From Camelus dromedarius (lineage: Eukaryota), in the NCBI RefSeq assembly GCF_036321535.1, contig NC_087436.1, positions 41,604,001 to 41,668,000 on the forward strand: DNA of 64,000 nt. The letters are read 5' to 3'. The notes beneath the pieces are model-generated. The model was given only the letters and a program-made list of their open reading frames with translations, searched no databases and was not told the DNA's origin. Each line of letters starts with the position of its first letter. Positions within the stretch are counted from its first letter, which is position 1. Of this stretch, positions 1-13,350 are shown piece after piece. A program made the translations under genes and the position numbers.

Positions 1-59
1 AGAGAAAGAGAAAGAAAATTATACTTCATGGTCTTTATCATGTCATGTATAATGCAAGA

Positions 60-430
60 TAGTCTGCTGACCAGTAGTGATGGACATGAGGTTGGAAACT
101 TTAGTAGCATGGAAATATCTAGAAAAACAGCTGTGGGAAATGTGACAGAGTTTAAAATGAATCAGTGGCTTAGTAAAGAGCAATGAGAAGTCAGTAGATA
201 GTAATTATTTTCTAATGGAAATAGAAAAAGAGAAAGCTGATTCTGATCTCCACACTCAAGTAAGGAACCAAGGGTATAAGTACAGAGTAGGTTTAAAGAG
301 AGTATATCCAGCTACAAAAGAAAAAAAGGGAATTCTCTTAAAGATAATATGAATTTACAGACTAGGGAAATTTGGGGAACTGAGGTTCGTACTGAAGACA
401 GGAAGACTCTCAGTAGAAAAGAGAATAGGA
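60..430 (-). mobile_element. Highly decayed L2 LINE fragment
   Basis: Purine-rich tract resembling the antisense L2 ORF2/3' region (…gcaatgagaagtcagtagatagtaattattttc…). An L2-like terminal fragment (gcatttattcaataaatatattg) lies nearby at ~495-540. Confidence 0.4.
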
Positions 431-1559
431 CGGTGATCAGAGTGGCTATTTAAAGTTCCAATGCTTTTATTTTCTCTTTTGCCTCTGTTAATGAATGCAT
501 TTATTCAATAAATATATTGCAGCATCATTCTGGGTTATGTGCACTGAAAGGCAAATTTTGCAAAAAACAGTCAAATCCAGAATAAAACAAAAACCAGGGA
601 TACTTCAGCATGGCTTGTTGCTCATTACCCACTGAATGTTAATTTATTTGTAGTATACATTCAATTATGTGTCAAAATCTTTTCTTGACAACGGATGTTA
701 TTGTTTGAGTATAACAAATTTATATGAATTTACTGTGAATAATGTTTTATTTAATCAACATTCTATATCTTGGAAATGTTGACTCTAAAATAAAACTCAT
801 GACTGTTTCTTCTGTATGTTATGAACACTAGGCATTTTATTTTTTGTTTCCTGAAAGACTGAATTTTTTTTCCACCTACACATCTACTTTCAACTAGTGC
901 AGTGAAACTAAACAAGTAATCAAATTTTTAAAAATCCCTAGTATAATCCAATAAACCAAGCTTCAAAGAGTACATAAGTATATCCTCTCTTCAAGGGTAG
1001 AATATTAAAACTCATTTAATTTGAGCATTCTGCACAAACGTAATCTGCAAGACATAAGCTTATTTCCAGTGATCAACCATTTATTTTTCCTCTCATAAAT
1101 ATATTTGAAGAATCATTTAAGACTTGATTGTAAAGAAGCAAGCTTCTGAAGCACTAAAAATTTATGTCCTGAGATTTGCTTTTGTATAAAAGATGAACTC
1201 CGTACCAACATAGGAGATTAATTTAGTAGCTAGCTATCATGCTGCAGTTAATCCTGCATAACAGCCTTTATCTTATAATCAGTAGAAGGTAGCTGGTCAG
1301 CCTTCTCATTCTATTTAAAATGTCAAGCAGAGATATGAAAGATAGAAAGGGCAGGAAGAGACTTCGGTGAATGGTTTAAACCGTGGTATTTACAGTGTGC
1401 ACATGAAAGCAAAATAGATGAATAGTTAGATCCTTGGACTTCAGTGATAATATTGATCATATGAAGTTAATTGTAATTTTCTGAGAATAATGTTGAGGAT
1501 TGAATTAAATACTGAATGTTTCTCTGTAAACTCTAAGAACCTGTTAATATTTAGTCACA

Positions 1560-2020
1560 TCTGTAAAATATCCCCAAATATTCCCCTCTCATTCCATTTA
1601 CTCCCTTTATGATGGACTTTGCAGGGGTTTTTTTGTTTGTTTTTGTTTTTGTTTTTTTTCTACTAGAGGGGGAATGTACTTCTTTGCCTATTGACTTTGA
1701 GCTTATCATAAGGCTTGCTTTGGCCAGTAGAATGTTACATCAGTCATAATGAAAGCAGAGGCTTGAAATATGCTTGTGTCATTGAGCTTGCTTCTTTCTC
1801 TTCTTCCATCATATAATAAGAACATACACCTGACTGAGCAATGATCAAAAAAAAAAAAAAAATACACAAAGCAGATCTGGTCCCAAGGTGGAGGTTGGAG
1901 CCAAGCCCAGCCTAGAACAGCCAACCCTCAGCAAAAATGCAGATACATGAGACTAATAATTACTGTTTTAAGCTAATTAGCTTTCAGTGGTTTGTTACAT
2001 AATATTATTGTTAAAAATAC
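1560..2020 (+). mobile_element. MaLR solo LTR (MLT1G/H/J-like)
   Basis: MLT1-type motifs 'ttgactttgagct…ttgctttggccagtagaatg' and 3' end 'tgttttaagcta…gtggtttgttaca…aataca'. Interrupted by (GTTTT)n and A16 tracts. Confidence 0.7.
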
Positions 2021-2535
2021 AGCTTATTTTTAAGTCTTTGTTTTATTAATGAGCAGTGAAAATACAGAAGTCTTTTGTAGAGTAAAAGAAGACTATAAGA
2101 ATTAGAGGGTCTAGAACCAGTTAAAACACAGTCCACTGAATCTTGATTAGATTCCTCCAGTGTCAGTGCTATATTTTGTCATGTTAATATATCTTAATAG
2201 TTTTTAATAGTTTTTGATTCATAGTCCTTAAGTCACTATGGAGCTTTCATGATAAATATCACTATGCTAAGAATGACACTGAGTAGCCAGCCAGTTAAGG
2301 CTAGTCTCTTCATTTTCAGGTAGGTTCATAGAAAACAGTGAAACGATATTATTCAATTGTAAAATGGGAAACAATTTATTTGTATTTGCAGCATATATAT
2401 CTAGTCTGAGGGCTTGATCATGACAGTGGTATTAATAAAAGCATGCTAGTGGTCAACAGATATATGAGTTATGTAAGAAATGGATGAAGTGCCAGGTGCT
2501 GTGTAGGTTATCTTACCCCTAAAGTATCAAAATTA

Positions 2536-2820
2536 TTTGAGATTTGCAGATGTTAACCACTATATATAAAAAGAGATTAAAAAAAGAAATTTCTTCTGTA
2601 TAATACAATATGACTATATTCAATATCTTGTAAGAACCTTTAATGAAAAAGAATATGAAAATTAATATATGTATGTATATGCATGACTGGGACATTGTGC
2701 TATACACCAAAACCTGACACATTGTAACAGACTAGACTTCAGATAAAAATAAACATGTACATACGTACATACATACATAACAAATTAAAATGAAAATTAA
2801 AAATTTTAAAATTTTAAAAA
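2536..2820 (+). mobile_element. 5'-truncated young (camelid-type) L1 3' UTR, ~215 bp, plus A-rich/(TACA)n tail
   Basis: Near-identical in reverse complement to 25801-26005 and 57061-57262 (…gactgggacattgtgctatacacc…gacacattgtaacagactagacttc + A-rich tail). Confidence 0.9.
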
Positions 2821-2968
2821 GTATAATGAAGTGAAGCATAATTTTGAAATGCTTCTAAAAATCAAAAGCAAAGTCCATCAAAGAGCACAAAAGCTAGCAG
2901 AAGAGGACTGGTAATTAACTGCCGCCAAATACCATTGTTTCTCCTAGGCTGAAAGACAAATAGAAGAA

Positions 2969-3340
2969 TGTTGTAGGCTGAATTGAATTCTTTCAGCAGT
3001 CATTTGTTAAAGCCCTGACCTCCGGGTATATCAGAATGTAATTATTTAGAAGACAGGGCCTTTACATTTTGATTCAGTTAAAATGAGGCCAGTAAGGTGC
3101 CCCAATCCAATCTGACTGGTGTCCTTATAAGAGGAAGAAATTTGGACACAGGAAGAAACACTAGAGATGCACATACATAGAATAAGGATCACATGAGGAG
3201 ACAGCAAGAAAGTGTCCGTCTGTAAGACAAGGAGAGAGGGGTCAGGAGAAACCACACCTGAAGACACCATCATCTTGGACTCTGAGAAAATAAATTTCTG
3301 TGTTTTAAGCTGCCCAGGTTGACAGCCCAAAAAAAGTAAT
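2969..3340 (+). mobile_element. MaLR solo LTR (MLT1A/B-like)
   Basis: Diagnostic 'ccaatctgactggtgtccttataagaggaagaaatttggacacag' and 'ctgagaaaataaatttctgtgttttaagc'. ORF 3046..3459 is its antisense read-through. Confidence 0.85.
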
Positions 3341-3949
3341 ACAAAGAGGGAAACTGGAATTATGATGGGCCAGTCAAGCACAAGGTATAACCATGAGGAA
3401 ATGTAACTGTTGGAAGATACAGTGCGATGCAGAGGAGGTGATGTCTCTCTTCCTATCACTCTTCACTCCCTAAGCTTCCTTACCAATCAGAAAGGGAAAA
3501 AATGCATAGCTTCTTACCAAGTTTCAGGGGCTTTGTTAATTTGCTTCAGCTAAAGTTGGAATCACCATCTAATTAAGTTTGCAATGACAGTGTTCCTCAG
3601 ACTTCATCAGGCTTAAGTGCAGGTACAAGATGTGCTCTCCTTTTCATTGCTTTTTAGGCAAATTGAACTTTATGGTTGATCTCTTCTATCTAACAATAAA
3701 TATATTTGTTATATTTCAATATATATTTTTATTTAGGGGCATAGTTACCATGGAGAATTTACTAAGCTTTAAAAAAAAATAAGCGTGTTAGGGAATGTGC
3801 CAGGGATATACAAAAAATATATTCCCCACTCAAAAATAAAAACAAAAATTGCTATGTGATAATGTAAGTAATAATTTGATTGTATGTTAAATACATGAGT
3901 TACTTTGATCTGTCTAAGCTGTCTATTAAAATAATGTTTACTAACACCT

Positions 3950-5500
3950 CCTTTTTCAAAGTTTTATTTTCCTTTTTTATGTAAAATGTTTGATAGTATT
4001 GACTATATATTTAGTTGGTATTTTGAGATGTATGTAAACTTATGAATGTTATATCTAATTCCTAAATTGAGCTTTTTATCAATACATGATGCCCATCTTC
4101 AACCTATTGATAATCTTATCATTTGAATTCACACTTATTTGATGTTAATAGTGCCACTTTATTTTTATGTGTTTATCTACTGTGCATCTGCAGATTTCTT
4201 TATATTAACTTTCATTCTGCACTTGGTTTAAAAGTCATTTAAAGCAATTTATAGCATTTATTTTATCCCACCCAGTAGGACAATATCTGATATTTAATGA
4301 CCTATTTACCTTTAATTTATAAATATATATATATATGCCAGTTTGATGCATATTACTATTCATTGTCCTTTCCCCCCTAGTAATCTGGTGGTTCTATTGC
4401 ACAAATCCGTTCTCTCTCCAAACTAGAAGTAACTATTAGACTAATGTGACTTCTAAATTTTAACCACATCTGCTGTGATCTGTGAAAGATTTTACTCCCC
4501 ACCTTCCTCCCACCTAGCTTTCATGTTTGACTCAGTTTCTGTTATTCTGCTCTTCTTTATGATATATGTGCTATACTTCAAAAATTCTCTTCAGCATTAA
4601 TATTACAAGCTGAGACACTCCTTAAACACGCATACATAGGTAGATAAAGAAGAGAAAGAGAAAAACAGGAAGGGAGGGAGGGAGAGAGGCAGAGAGGGAG
4701 AGAGAGAGAATAGAAATTTTGATCACTCACTATAATCCTTCTTCATCTTCCCCTATATCCAGTTATAGTTTAGGTTAATACACTGTTTTGTTTATGTCCT
4801 TTTCTGAAATATTTTCTTCACATATAGGACATAAGTGATAACAATCTCTGGACCCCTAAACTTTGGAAATATGTTTCTATCACCCTGATCGATACATCAT
4901 GTATTTCTTAGTTGCATATAAGAATATTGAATTCCAGGCTTATTTTTTGTTATTATGTAGATGTGATTCACATCCTTCTAGCTTCCAGTTTTGCACATAA
5001 GAAAACTCATATCAGTCTTATTATTTCTACTTTTACAAATCATTTATTTTCTCTAATTGGAAGTTTGTCAGATTTTGTTTATCCATGGAATTGAAATTTT
5101 TACCAATATATGCTTGTGTGTTTGTGTATGTGTCTTTGTTCTTTCCAGTCTTGCCTTGAACTTGGGGAAAAAAAACCTTAAAACAGCAGAATTTCACTTC
5201 AAAAGGTTTTAAAATTTGTAGTGTGTTTTATGTTTATCTCTCCTTAATTTTATTTTAAAAGACTCTTCCTAACTCTTTAAATTATTTTTACATTAGTTGT
5301 CATTATCTGACTCTAATTATTTTGTCTCTTTTTTCATGATTTTTAACTTTCTGGAATTTTACTCTAATTTTTATGCTATTTCTTTCATTTAATCTTCCAG
5401 ATAGGGATTTATCCATCCTATAGTGAAAATTTTTTCAATCTCTTGATTGCTTACAGTTCAAAAAAATTTAAGTTCCACAAACTGTTTTGTGCTTTAAAAA
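3950..5500 (-). mobile_element. Old L1 (L1M/L1ME/HAL1-type) fragments
   Basis: T-rich strand bias and antisense L1-like phrases (tatcttatcatttgaattc; cttctagcttccagttttgc). Contains a GA-rich simple repeat at ~4645-4710. Confidence 0.5.
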
Positions 5501-5513
5501 CACTTCATGACAA

Positions 5514-6116
5514 TATTGAACCTTACTTGAGGCCTCTACTCCTGGAAAGCAGTAAAGATTAAGAAATCCCCTCAGCCTGAGTGTCCTAACAAAGGACTTA
5601 CTGCAAAGAACCATCCATCCCCATATGACTTACATGAAACTCGGGCACCTCCCTGTGTACTTTTAACAAGACCAGAAATGGATCCTTCAGATTACCATCC
5701 TTTGTCTCATTAATTGATCAGTTGTAACAACATGCTTGCTAACCAAACTTTGGTTAATTTTCTCTCCTTCCTGAAGGTCCCTTATACTTTCACCCACCGT
5801 CAGCCTGAACCAGCATCCCAACCCTCCTCAGCCTCCCCTGAGAATAGGCCGGCCTTCAGGTAAAACATTCTTGGATCTACTGTCCAATTACGCCACTTCT
5901 GTTCATCCCCCTTGCCCACACCTGGTTCTTTTTCACCTTGTTCAGTTCTCTGTATAGAAGAAAATCCTTGAGACACTTGCTAATCTTATGATCAGAATGT
6001 TCTCCCCATTTCAATAGGGCCCCTCCCTAATTGCAGTAGTAACTTTGCTCTTCTTGCAATATCCTTTCAAATAGTTTGTCTTTACTAAGGTTGGATTTCT
6101 TTTTCTTAATTTTACA
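5514..6116 (+). mobile_element. ERV1-class solo LTR (MER89/MER90/MER110-like)
   Basis: Starts 'tattgaaccttacttgaggcctctactcctggaaa'. Has a TATA-like 'tgtatagaagaaa' at ~5951 and a degenerate polyA/terminal 'aaatagtttgtctttactaagg…taca'. Confidence 0.6.
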
Positions 6117-7479
6117 CCCTAATATCCATGCCCCTGTATGTCTCTCTCTTCCTCTCGTTGTTGTTCAAATTGCCACTTCTCTCTTCCAAAAATTCTTCCT
6201 TACTATGACTTGTCTGTTTGATATGTTCAATTTGTTTTTCTTTTTTCTTTTTCTTTTTCCTGGCAGTTAGAACACATTAGGTACACTGTCAGAGATTTTA
6301 GACTACTCCTTGGGGCATGGCTTCAGGTAGTGGCTTCAGTGGACCCCCAGAGGAGTGGGGATTATTAGATCTCACTCTCTGTGGGCTAGAGCTACAGCAG
6401 CTGGAAATTTGTCACTTCCTTTGTCCAGAAACTAAGAGAAAGCTTTTCTCTTCCTCATGTTGGCTAGGTACTCTAGCTTTCAGGTTAGAGAGGCTTCAGT
6501 CTATCTGATTTACTAACTTTCAACCTCTTGTAAGTCAAGGAGAATGACACCTTTCCTCTCCACACTTCATAGATCTATTCATTGAAGTGACTCTCCAGAA
6601 TCTCTATTTATGAATGCATGTCCTGGGATATTCTACCTGTGGCCTACCAGCTATCATTTGATCTAAGGGAAAAATGTCTTGTAACTGTTTTCATTCCATT
6701 GTACCACATTATTTTAATCCTGACTTTCAGACCTCAAAGAGCTATTTTGTTACAGAGACGTTAGCGGTTTCTATGAAGCTGGGAAACATGCTTAGTAACT
6801 GCTTTGTACTGCCGTTTTCTAAGATTTCACACTAACCTTCTCTAGTGTTAATAGATTCCCTGGTTTTACAACAATACTATGTGATCTCAGGGTTCCCTAA
6901 GAAACAGAAATATTTCTAATGAGTTATAGAAAAAGAGAGCTTAAATATGATATCATAAAAAGCGTTAAAGGCAAAACAGTGGAGACTTTACTGATACAAA
7001 GAGGCAAGACGAGGAGGTTCAGCATTCTTTGTAATGCTGGGCAGTTATCCAAGCTAGTGAACCCAGGTCTTTGTTACAGCCAGGGTCAGAACAAGCAATC
7101 ATTCAGTTACAGAAACAATTTACAAAGTGATATCATTGCTTTAAGTGAGAAAAATGGCCTTGGTCCAGGTAAGTAACATTAAAAAAATGCCAATACTGAT
7201 GTTTATGGAAAACGCCTACAGAAATATAGCTCATCACATCATTTGTACTGAGAATTTCTAAGCGAATTTGCTTGTGTGTACTTGGGATTACACATCAAAG
7301 CAATTTTAAGTGAATATATCTGATACAACAAAAACTACCCAAATGATTTGATACTACCAAATATGTTAGGCTACTGAGCAATAACTGAGTTTTGATTTCT
7401 GATTCTGTTGCATTCATAATTCAAATAAATACAAATACAAGCTCTGCAAGTTTATGCAGAACACTTACACTAGCTAAAA

Positions 7480-9430
7480 GTGGTTATGATCTCAATATAA
7501 TTCATAACAAAGAGACTGGAGAGTTTAGGGAAGAGTTTTCTGTGAAATTTTCTTCTGTTATAACAAAACCTTATAAAACGGCAAAGGAATAAATAAGACC
7601 CCCAATCAGTATAGAAGAGAATCAATAAATTTGGCAAAACAGAAAAAAAGAAAGAGGAAAGTACAATTGATGCTGAAATAAAAATTAACACTATCAACCA
7701 ACCCCAAGGTAGTAAAACTAGTGCATCAGGAACTTGAAACATAAAATATATGATAAAATTTGCCAGAAGTTATCTAGGGGAAATCAACATTTTGTTCCCC
7801 AGATAAGATAGATTGGGACCAATATTGATGAGTTTTCTTTTGTTAATTATATATTTACAACCAGTGTAAAAAAGGGTATGAAATCTTGATGTGGTGTTGC
7901 TAAGGAAAACTGTATTCATACACCATCTGCTACTGACTCAATTAAATGCTTCCTTATCTATGCCTATACTGAATTTAATTTTATAGAAAATAATATCCAT
8001 TGCACATTTTGAGATAATAAAACTATTTTGGCTAATTATATCAGTTAAGATGCTAAAGTAGAGATCGTTCAACACAAGCATCAAATCAACATTTACTTCA
8101 TACTACCTTCATCCATTTTGATGACCAGAAATTATAGATGCTTTGAAACCAATTAATCCAGGAGTCAAGTACAAAATATACTGTAGATAACACAAACAAT
8201 AAATTAATTAGACACAAAATTATCACAATTAAAAATTTGCCCTGCCACAGAAATAAACAAAAAGGAAATAATATACATAATTCTGTAATAACTTTGAAAT
8301 GAAAAAGTGTATTTTCCAAAAAATTTTTAAACTGACTTAAAATTTTGAGTGAAGATGAATTGATCAATACCAATTGTAGAAAAATTTAAACTGTTAAAGA
8401 ATTAATTTCAAGAAACTGACTGAATCCAGATTAATGTCAATTCTTCCGTTTATTCAAAACCTATTTATCGATCCGCTCTCTGCCAGGCACTGAATTAGGT
8501 GCTAGACACTCAATGGCAAACAAACCTTGTGTGGTGGCTGCCTCCTAATCTGAGGGAGGGGGAAAGGCAACTAAATATTATAAAATTTTTATAGGAGACA
8601 GGATTTATAAAAGAGCAATCTCACTATGATCTCATTTTGGAAAACTGGCTAGAGGAGGTAACAGAAATGAAAAGGAGTGGATGAGTTAGAATTTTTGGCA
8701 AGGAAAAATCGTAAGAAATTACAAGTGAGTATCTGAACTTGGTTTACAGATGAACTATAAGATGAATGTGTGATCTATGTTACAAGAGCAAAAGAAACAA
8801 CCATGAAAGGAAAGATTGTTAGATTTATTAACTAAAATGCTTCGTATTAAAATGACATGAAGGTAATAAAAGTCAAATAACAAGATATAAAATTTTAAAT
8901 AAGGCTGAAAAAACAGGTAAGATACTGCATAAAAGTTTAATATTTCTATACATAAATTAACCTATAATCAATAAATGAAAGCCTATACCTTTCAACAGAA
9001 AGTTTTCAACAAACATGCATAATCCACTCACAAATAATTGTTGAGGAAAGATGTTGCTAAGAAAAATGAAAGCTAATTGAAATAATAATGTACAAAAATT
9101 ATAATAATGTACAGTTTTTTTTTCTAATTGATGATAATCAATACAAAAACAAAGTAGCAAATGTTTAAAGCTTAGTAGACATTAAAAATTGCTGTCGAAC
9201 AATAATTTGAGTCAATTTTACTCAATTTAACAAAACCATAGAAACTTGTCAGAGTAGTTGACAAAGTAATTCTACTTTAAAGAATTTCTATTCAAAATAT
9301 AGTGCAGTAGTTTATAGAGATATGTATTCAAAAATTATTAAAGTACTTAAAAATTGAAAAATAAAAGTGGCAGTCATTAGTGATGTTCAAAAATGTTATA
9401 TTCTTGTTTACTGAATATGTGGTAGGTATT
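7480..9430 (+). mobile_element. Decayed L1ME-type ORF2/3' region, interrupted by an antisense L2 fragment at ~8445-8580
   Basis: A-rich plus strand with L1-like segments. The L2 piece reads 'tttattcaaaacctatttatcgatccgctctctgccaggcactgaattaggtgct'. Confidence 0.5.
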
Positions 9431-9434
9431 AAGA

Positions 9435-9550
9435 GTTCAGCTGTATTCTCTCAAAAATAGATATGTTGAAGTCCTAACCCCCAGTACCTCAGAATGGGAC
9501 CTTATTTAAAACATAGAGTTTTTGCATACTTAAGTGATTTAAGATGATAT
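9435..9550 (+). mobile_element. MLT1A/B LTR 5' fragment
   Basis: 'atatgttgaagtcctaacccccagtacctcagaatgggaccttattt' is the typical MLT1A/B 5' sequence. Confidence 0.75.
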
Positions 9551-10339
9551 ATTCTATATAAATATGCATCTGTATAGATACAGCTATATGTATGTATATA
9601 TAAAAACAGATGATTTGGGCTTATGAAAGAAGATAAGTTTAAGAAAACTGTTGTATGTAAAGAAGAAGAATAATGCTGGATCAATGCATGCATCTGTATA
9701 AAGATTGCTTTAGATATTAAAAAAAAAATATGGAGAGGCTTGATATGGAAAGAAAGAACCTTAGCAGTGTTTCTCAGTTCTTGTCAAGACAGTAAACTGG
9801 TACAGTCTGCTGGTTCCTCGCTACAGAATAAAATGGTGGAAAATTATTGAAAGAGAGTAGGAAATGTGATTAACAGAAATGAACAATGCTACTGTGAAAA
9901 AATCTTGGAGACACTGAAGTCTGTCTTGAAGTGGAATATGTATTGAGTAGTGGCGGTGGCTTGAAGCCAGGGTTAGGTTGGTGCAGCAGTGAAAGAGTAG
10001 GTTGAGGAAATGTTTAATATCTGCCTTGACTTTTCTTCAGGTTGTCTTTGGAAATACTGACTTTCTCTTAGCCAGTAGTTGGGGTAAAAGCAAAGCATAA
10101 AGGCTCTGATACTCACTGCTGACATTTGGTTCTTTCACATTCCGTCTTCCTCCCTGTCTGAACCCCTGAGGCTGGTATATTTCAACCTAAGGACATCCAT
10201 CAACTTTCACCACTGTCTACAAGAGTTTACAGTGAAATGCTGAGGAGCAGGAGCAAAGTGCTGTTCACTGTTTCCCTCTTTAAATACACTATGGCAGAAA
10301 CAAAGGTGTCAGCGCCAGGGTTTAGGAGTCCAAAGTGCA

Positions 10340-11160
10340 AAGACATATAAATGAAAAGGATAAAGTGTTGAAGAAATAATGGGAATACATTTCTCAGATC
10401 TAGAAAATGATAAAAATGCACAAATTGAAAGGATTCATAGAGTAATAAATATGAGAGATCAAGAAAATCACACACCTAGACACATTATAGTTATATTTAG
10501 AAATATCAAGTATAAAAAGAAAATTCTAAAAGCTTTTGGAAACAAAGAGCAAATAATGTTAAAAAAAAAACTCATATTAAGTGGATGTAAGGCATTTAGA
10601 AAACAATTTGGGTGACATAATATATTTAAAGAAATAATATAAGATATATTTTATTACTCTACTAAAATTGAAGTGGGGTATTTTTTAAGGTACTTGATAG
10701 GTTTACTCCAAAATTTCCATAAAGGAACAAAGATTCATGAATAAGTGAGCCATACTGCTAACTGGAAAAAGAAAGAAAGAGAGGAAGGAGAGAAAGAGGA
10801 AAGAAGGAAGAAAAGAAAGAAAGGGAGGTATTGCTCAGCCATAGTTTTAAAATAGAAAATGAGTAAAAGATGAATATGATTATATCAAAATAAGAATTCA
10901 TTACAATGAAGGACATCACTGAAGAAGCTAATAGATTGATGATGTATTAGAAGAATACATTTGCAATGACCAAAAGTGACAAGAAAATTATACCTAGAAT
11001 ATGCAAGGACTTCTTACAAGCCAACAAGAAAAGATACTTAAAAATGAAGAAAAATTTATAAAAAGGAAATGCTTAACTCTGGCATGTATATGAAGAAAAG
11101 CTCGAACTTGTGAAATAGTAAAATGAAAGATCAAACAGTCATATGATGACACTAATTATC
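10340..11160 (+). mobile_element. Old L1/HAL1: degenerate ORF1 followed by ORF2/3' fragments
   Basis: ORF 10379..10615 reads IERIHRV…TPRHIIVIFRNIKYKKKILKA, matching the L1 ORF1p motif IERAHR…TPRHIIVKF…KEKILKA. Confidence 0.8.
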
Positions 11161-12439
11161 AATATTTTGGTTTTCTTAATATCAGGTCATAAGACAGGAC
11201 CTTGTTGCAGGCAGTCGTCAGAGGTAATCACAGGAAATACAAATGATGGAGTAAGGAGAGTAAGTTATGAATGAGACAGAATTAACTATGCAGTAATGAA
11301 TAGGTGGCTGCTATCGGCAGCTGGGACCAATCCTGCCTACAATTCTGAGGAAGCACATGGACTGTGCCTAAGAATTGTTCCCCCAAAGAATTGAGAAGTG
11401 CTCCTTCTAGGTTGCTAACCTAGTCAGTATGTCTTCCACTGCCTAAATGTTAATGTGTATCTTTATCTCAGATGATTTCTCCCTCCATGCAAAACTGATG
11501 ACCACATGTACTGTTTGAAATTCTTTCCCCTGGGGTATTTCCCTTCAACATTATCATTTAATGCTACTCCTTCTGTGGCAGTGGTCTATTTTCAGATCAC
11601 ATATATATTTCACTGACTCATCCTTGAACTAGTCTTCAATATTTCCCTCCTCTATCAGCTGACTGTATGAAACTAGCTCTTAGCTGAGGGAGAGGTGTTA
11701 GTGCAGTAAATGTAGCTGATGTTGGGTGCTGTTCATATAACTTATTTGTACCCTCCCAACCTCCTCAGTGACTGTGACTCAGTCACGACTGAACAAATTC
11801 CATCATGTGATGGATTGCTACTGTGCCTGTGTAAACTTATTAAGTGGTATATCTGACAACCCAGTTTATGAAGGGTAGAAATAATTTCATAATCTCTTGA
11901 TGCAATATTTTCAGATACTGAGTCTCTTCTATTGTCTAAGAGAATGCTAGAGGCTGCTTGACAAAGAGCAGTAGTAATTACTGTTTACTAAGAAGGCATA
12001 ACCTTACTTTAATATCCTAGTGGTCTGCACTGCTACCCACCTGCCAGAGTTGGCCTACACTCCTTATATGGTTACCTGAACCTGTTGCAGATTTATCTCT
12101 TGCTCTGGGCTTCACTCAGAACACATAGTAGCCCTTTGATCCCTCCTTCCCAGATCTGAGCAGTTCTCAGAACAAGAGTGGAACATGCGAAAGGTCTTTT
12201 CTTGTAGGAACTAGAAAAAACACATTTGCCAGATCAATAACTGCACATCAAATGCTGGAGACTTTGTAAATTTATTCTACTAAAGATACCATATCTGGCA
12301 CAATAGATGCAGATAGGATTCTCATTCTCACATTATAAATCCATCCAATCACGCACATCCCTCTGAGTCTTCTGACTCCTTTTTTCAATTTGCTGTCAAG
12401 GCAGTGAGGATTATATCTCTTTCCAAGCTTTCAAAGAGA

Positions 12440-12917
12440 TAGACTGTTTGAAAAATGGTTCAGTTATCTACTCCTTCTAGTACCCATTTCTGTGCAATAT
12501 GACTTTGCAACTCAAGAGGGTAGAATCTGTTTCCTTACTCTTTGAATCTCAACTGGATCTTTAACTTGCAATGACCAATAAAATGAAGTAGGAGGGACAG
12601 TATACCTGTATCTAGCTTAGAGCCTTACATATTTCAGGTCTTTCTCTTGAACCTCTGTCTCACCATCCGGATGAGTACAAGTTAATCTCCTAGAGGATGA
12701 AAGACAACATGAACCAAGGTAGTACTAGAACAACTATATTCAGATCACCTGTCTGCCAATATCATGGGCCTGAGATAATCCATTTGCCATATATTCAGCC
12801 AGATCTAGAACAGAAAAATGCACTAACTTATGAAGAAATGATTATTATCCTTTTAAGTCATTGGGTTTTGTGGTCATCTCTCTTACAGTATTATTATGAC
12901 AATGGAAAACTGATACA
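12440..12917 (+). mobile_element. MLT1F/G/H-like MaLR LTR nested in the ERVL relic
   Basis: 'gcaatatgactttgcaac…tttgaatct…ttgcaatgaccaataaaatg' and terminus 'ttttaagtcattgggttttgtgg…aactgataca'. Confidence 0.75.
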
Positions 12918-13089
12918 GAACGACTTTGGTGGTATATTAAGACTGGCTGCAGGATTTTTATCAAATCAGATGATTCATAGATATCACTCCCGTAACAATA
13001 TACTTTCTTGCTAGCCAGCTTTATATCTTTTTTTTTTCTTTCCTCTATGCAGTATACTCAAAGTCTAATGCTATCTCCTGGCTTGTGCT

Positions 13090-13350
13090 ATTTTTTTCAA
13101 CTTTTTAAGGAATAATTGACAAGTAGAACTGTATATATTTAAAGTACATAATGTGATGATTTGGTACATAAAAATTGTGGAATGATTACCAAGATCAAAA
13201 TAATTAACACATCCATCACCTCACATAGTTAACACTGTTTTTGTGGTTGAGAGTGCTTAAGGTTTATTCTTAGCCACTTTCAAATATACAATACCATATT
13301 ATTAACTATAGTGACCATGTTATACATTACATCTTCAGAATTTATTCTTC
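13090..13350 (-). mobile_element. L1MA9/L1MA10-like 3' end
   Basis: 'tatatatttaaagtacataatgtgatgattt…taattaacacatccatcacctcacatagtta…tattaactatagtgaccatg'. Confidence 0.85.

Noticed and set aside
3046..3459. 137-aa ORF
   Set aside because: Antisense read-through of an MLT1 LTR, with no recognisable domain.
6919..7176. ORF ending at a perfect splice donor (cag|gtaagt, ~7168)
   Set aside because: No recognisable protein similarity or partner exons; isolated donors are common by chance.
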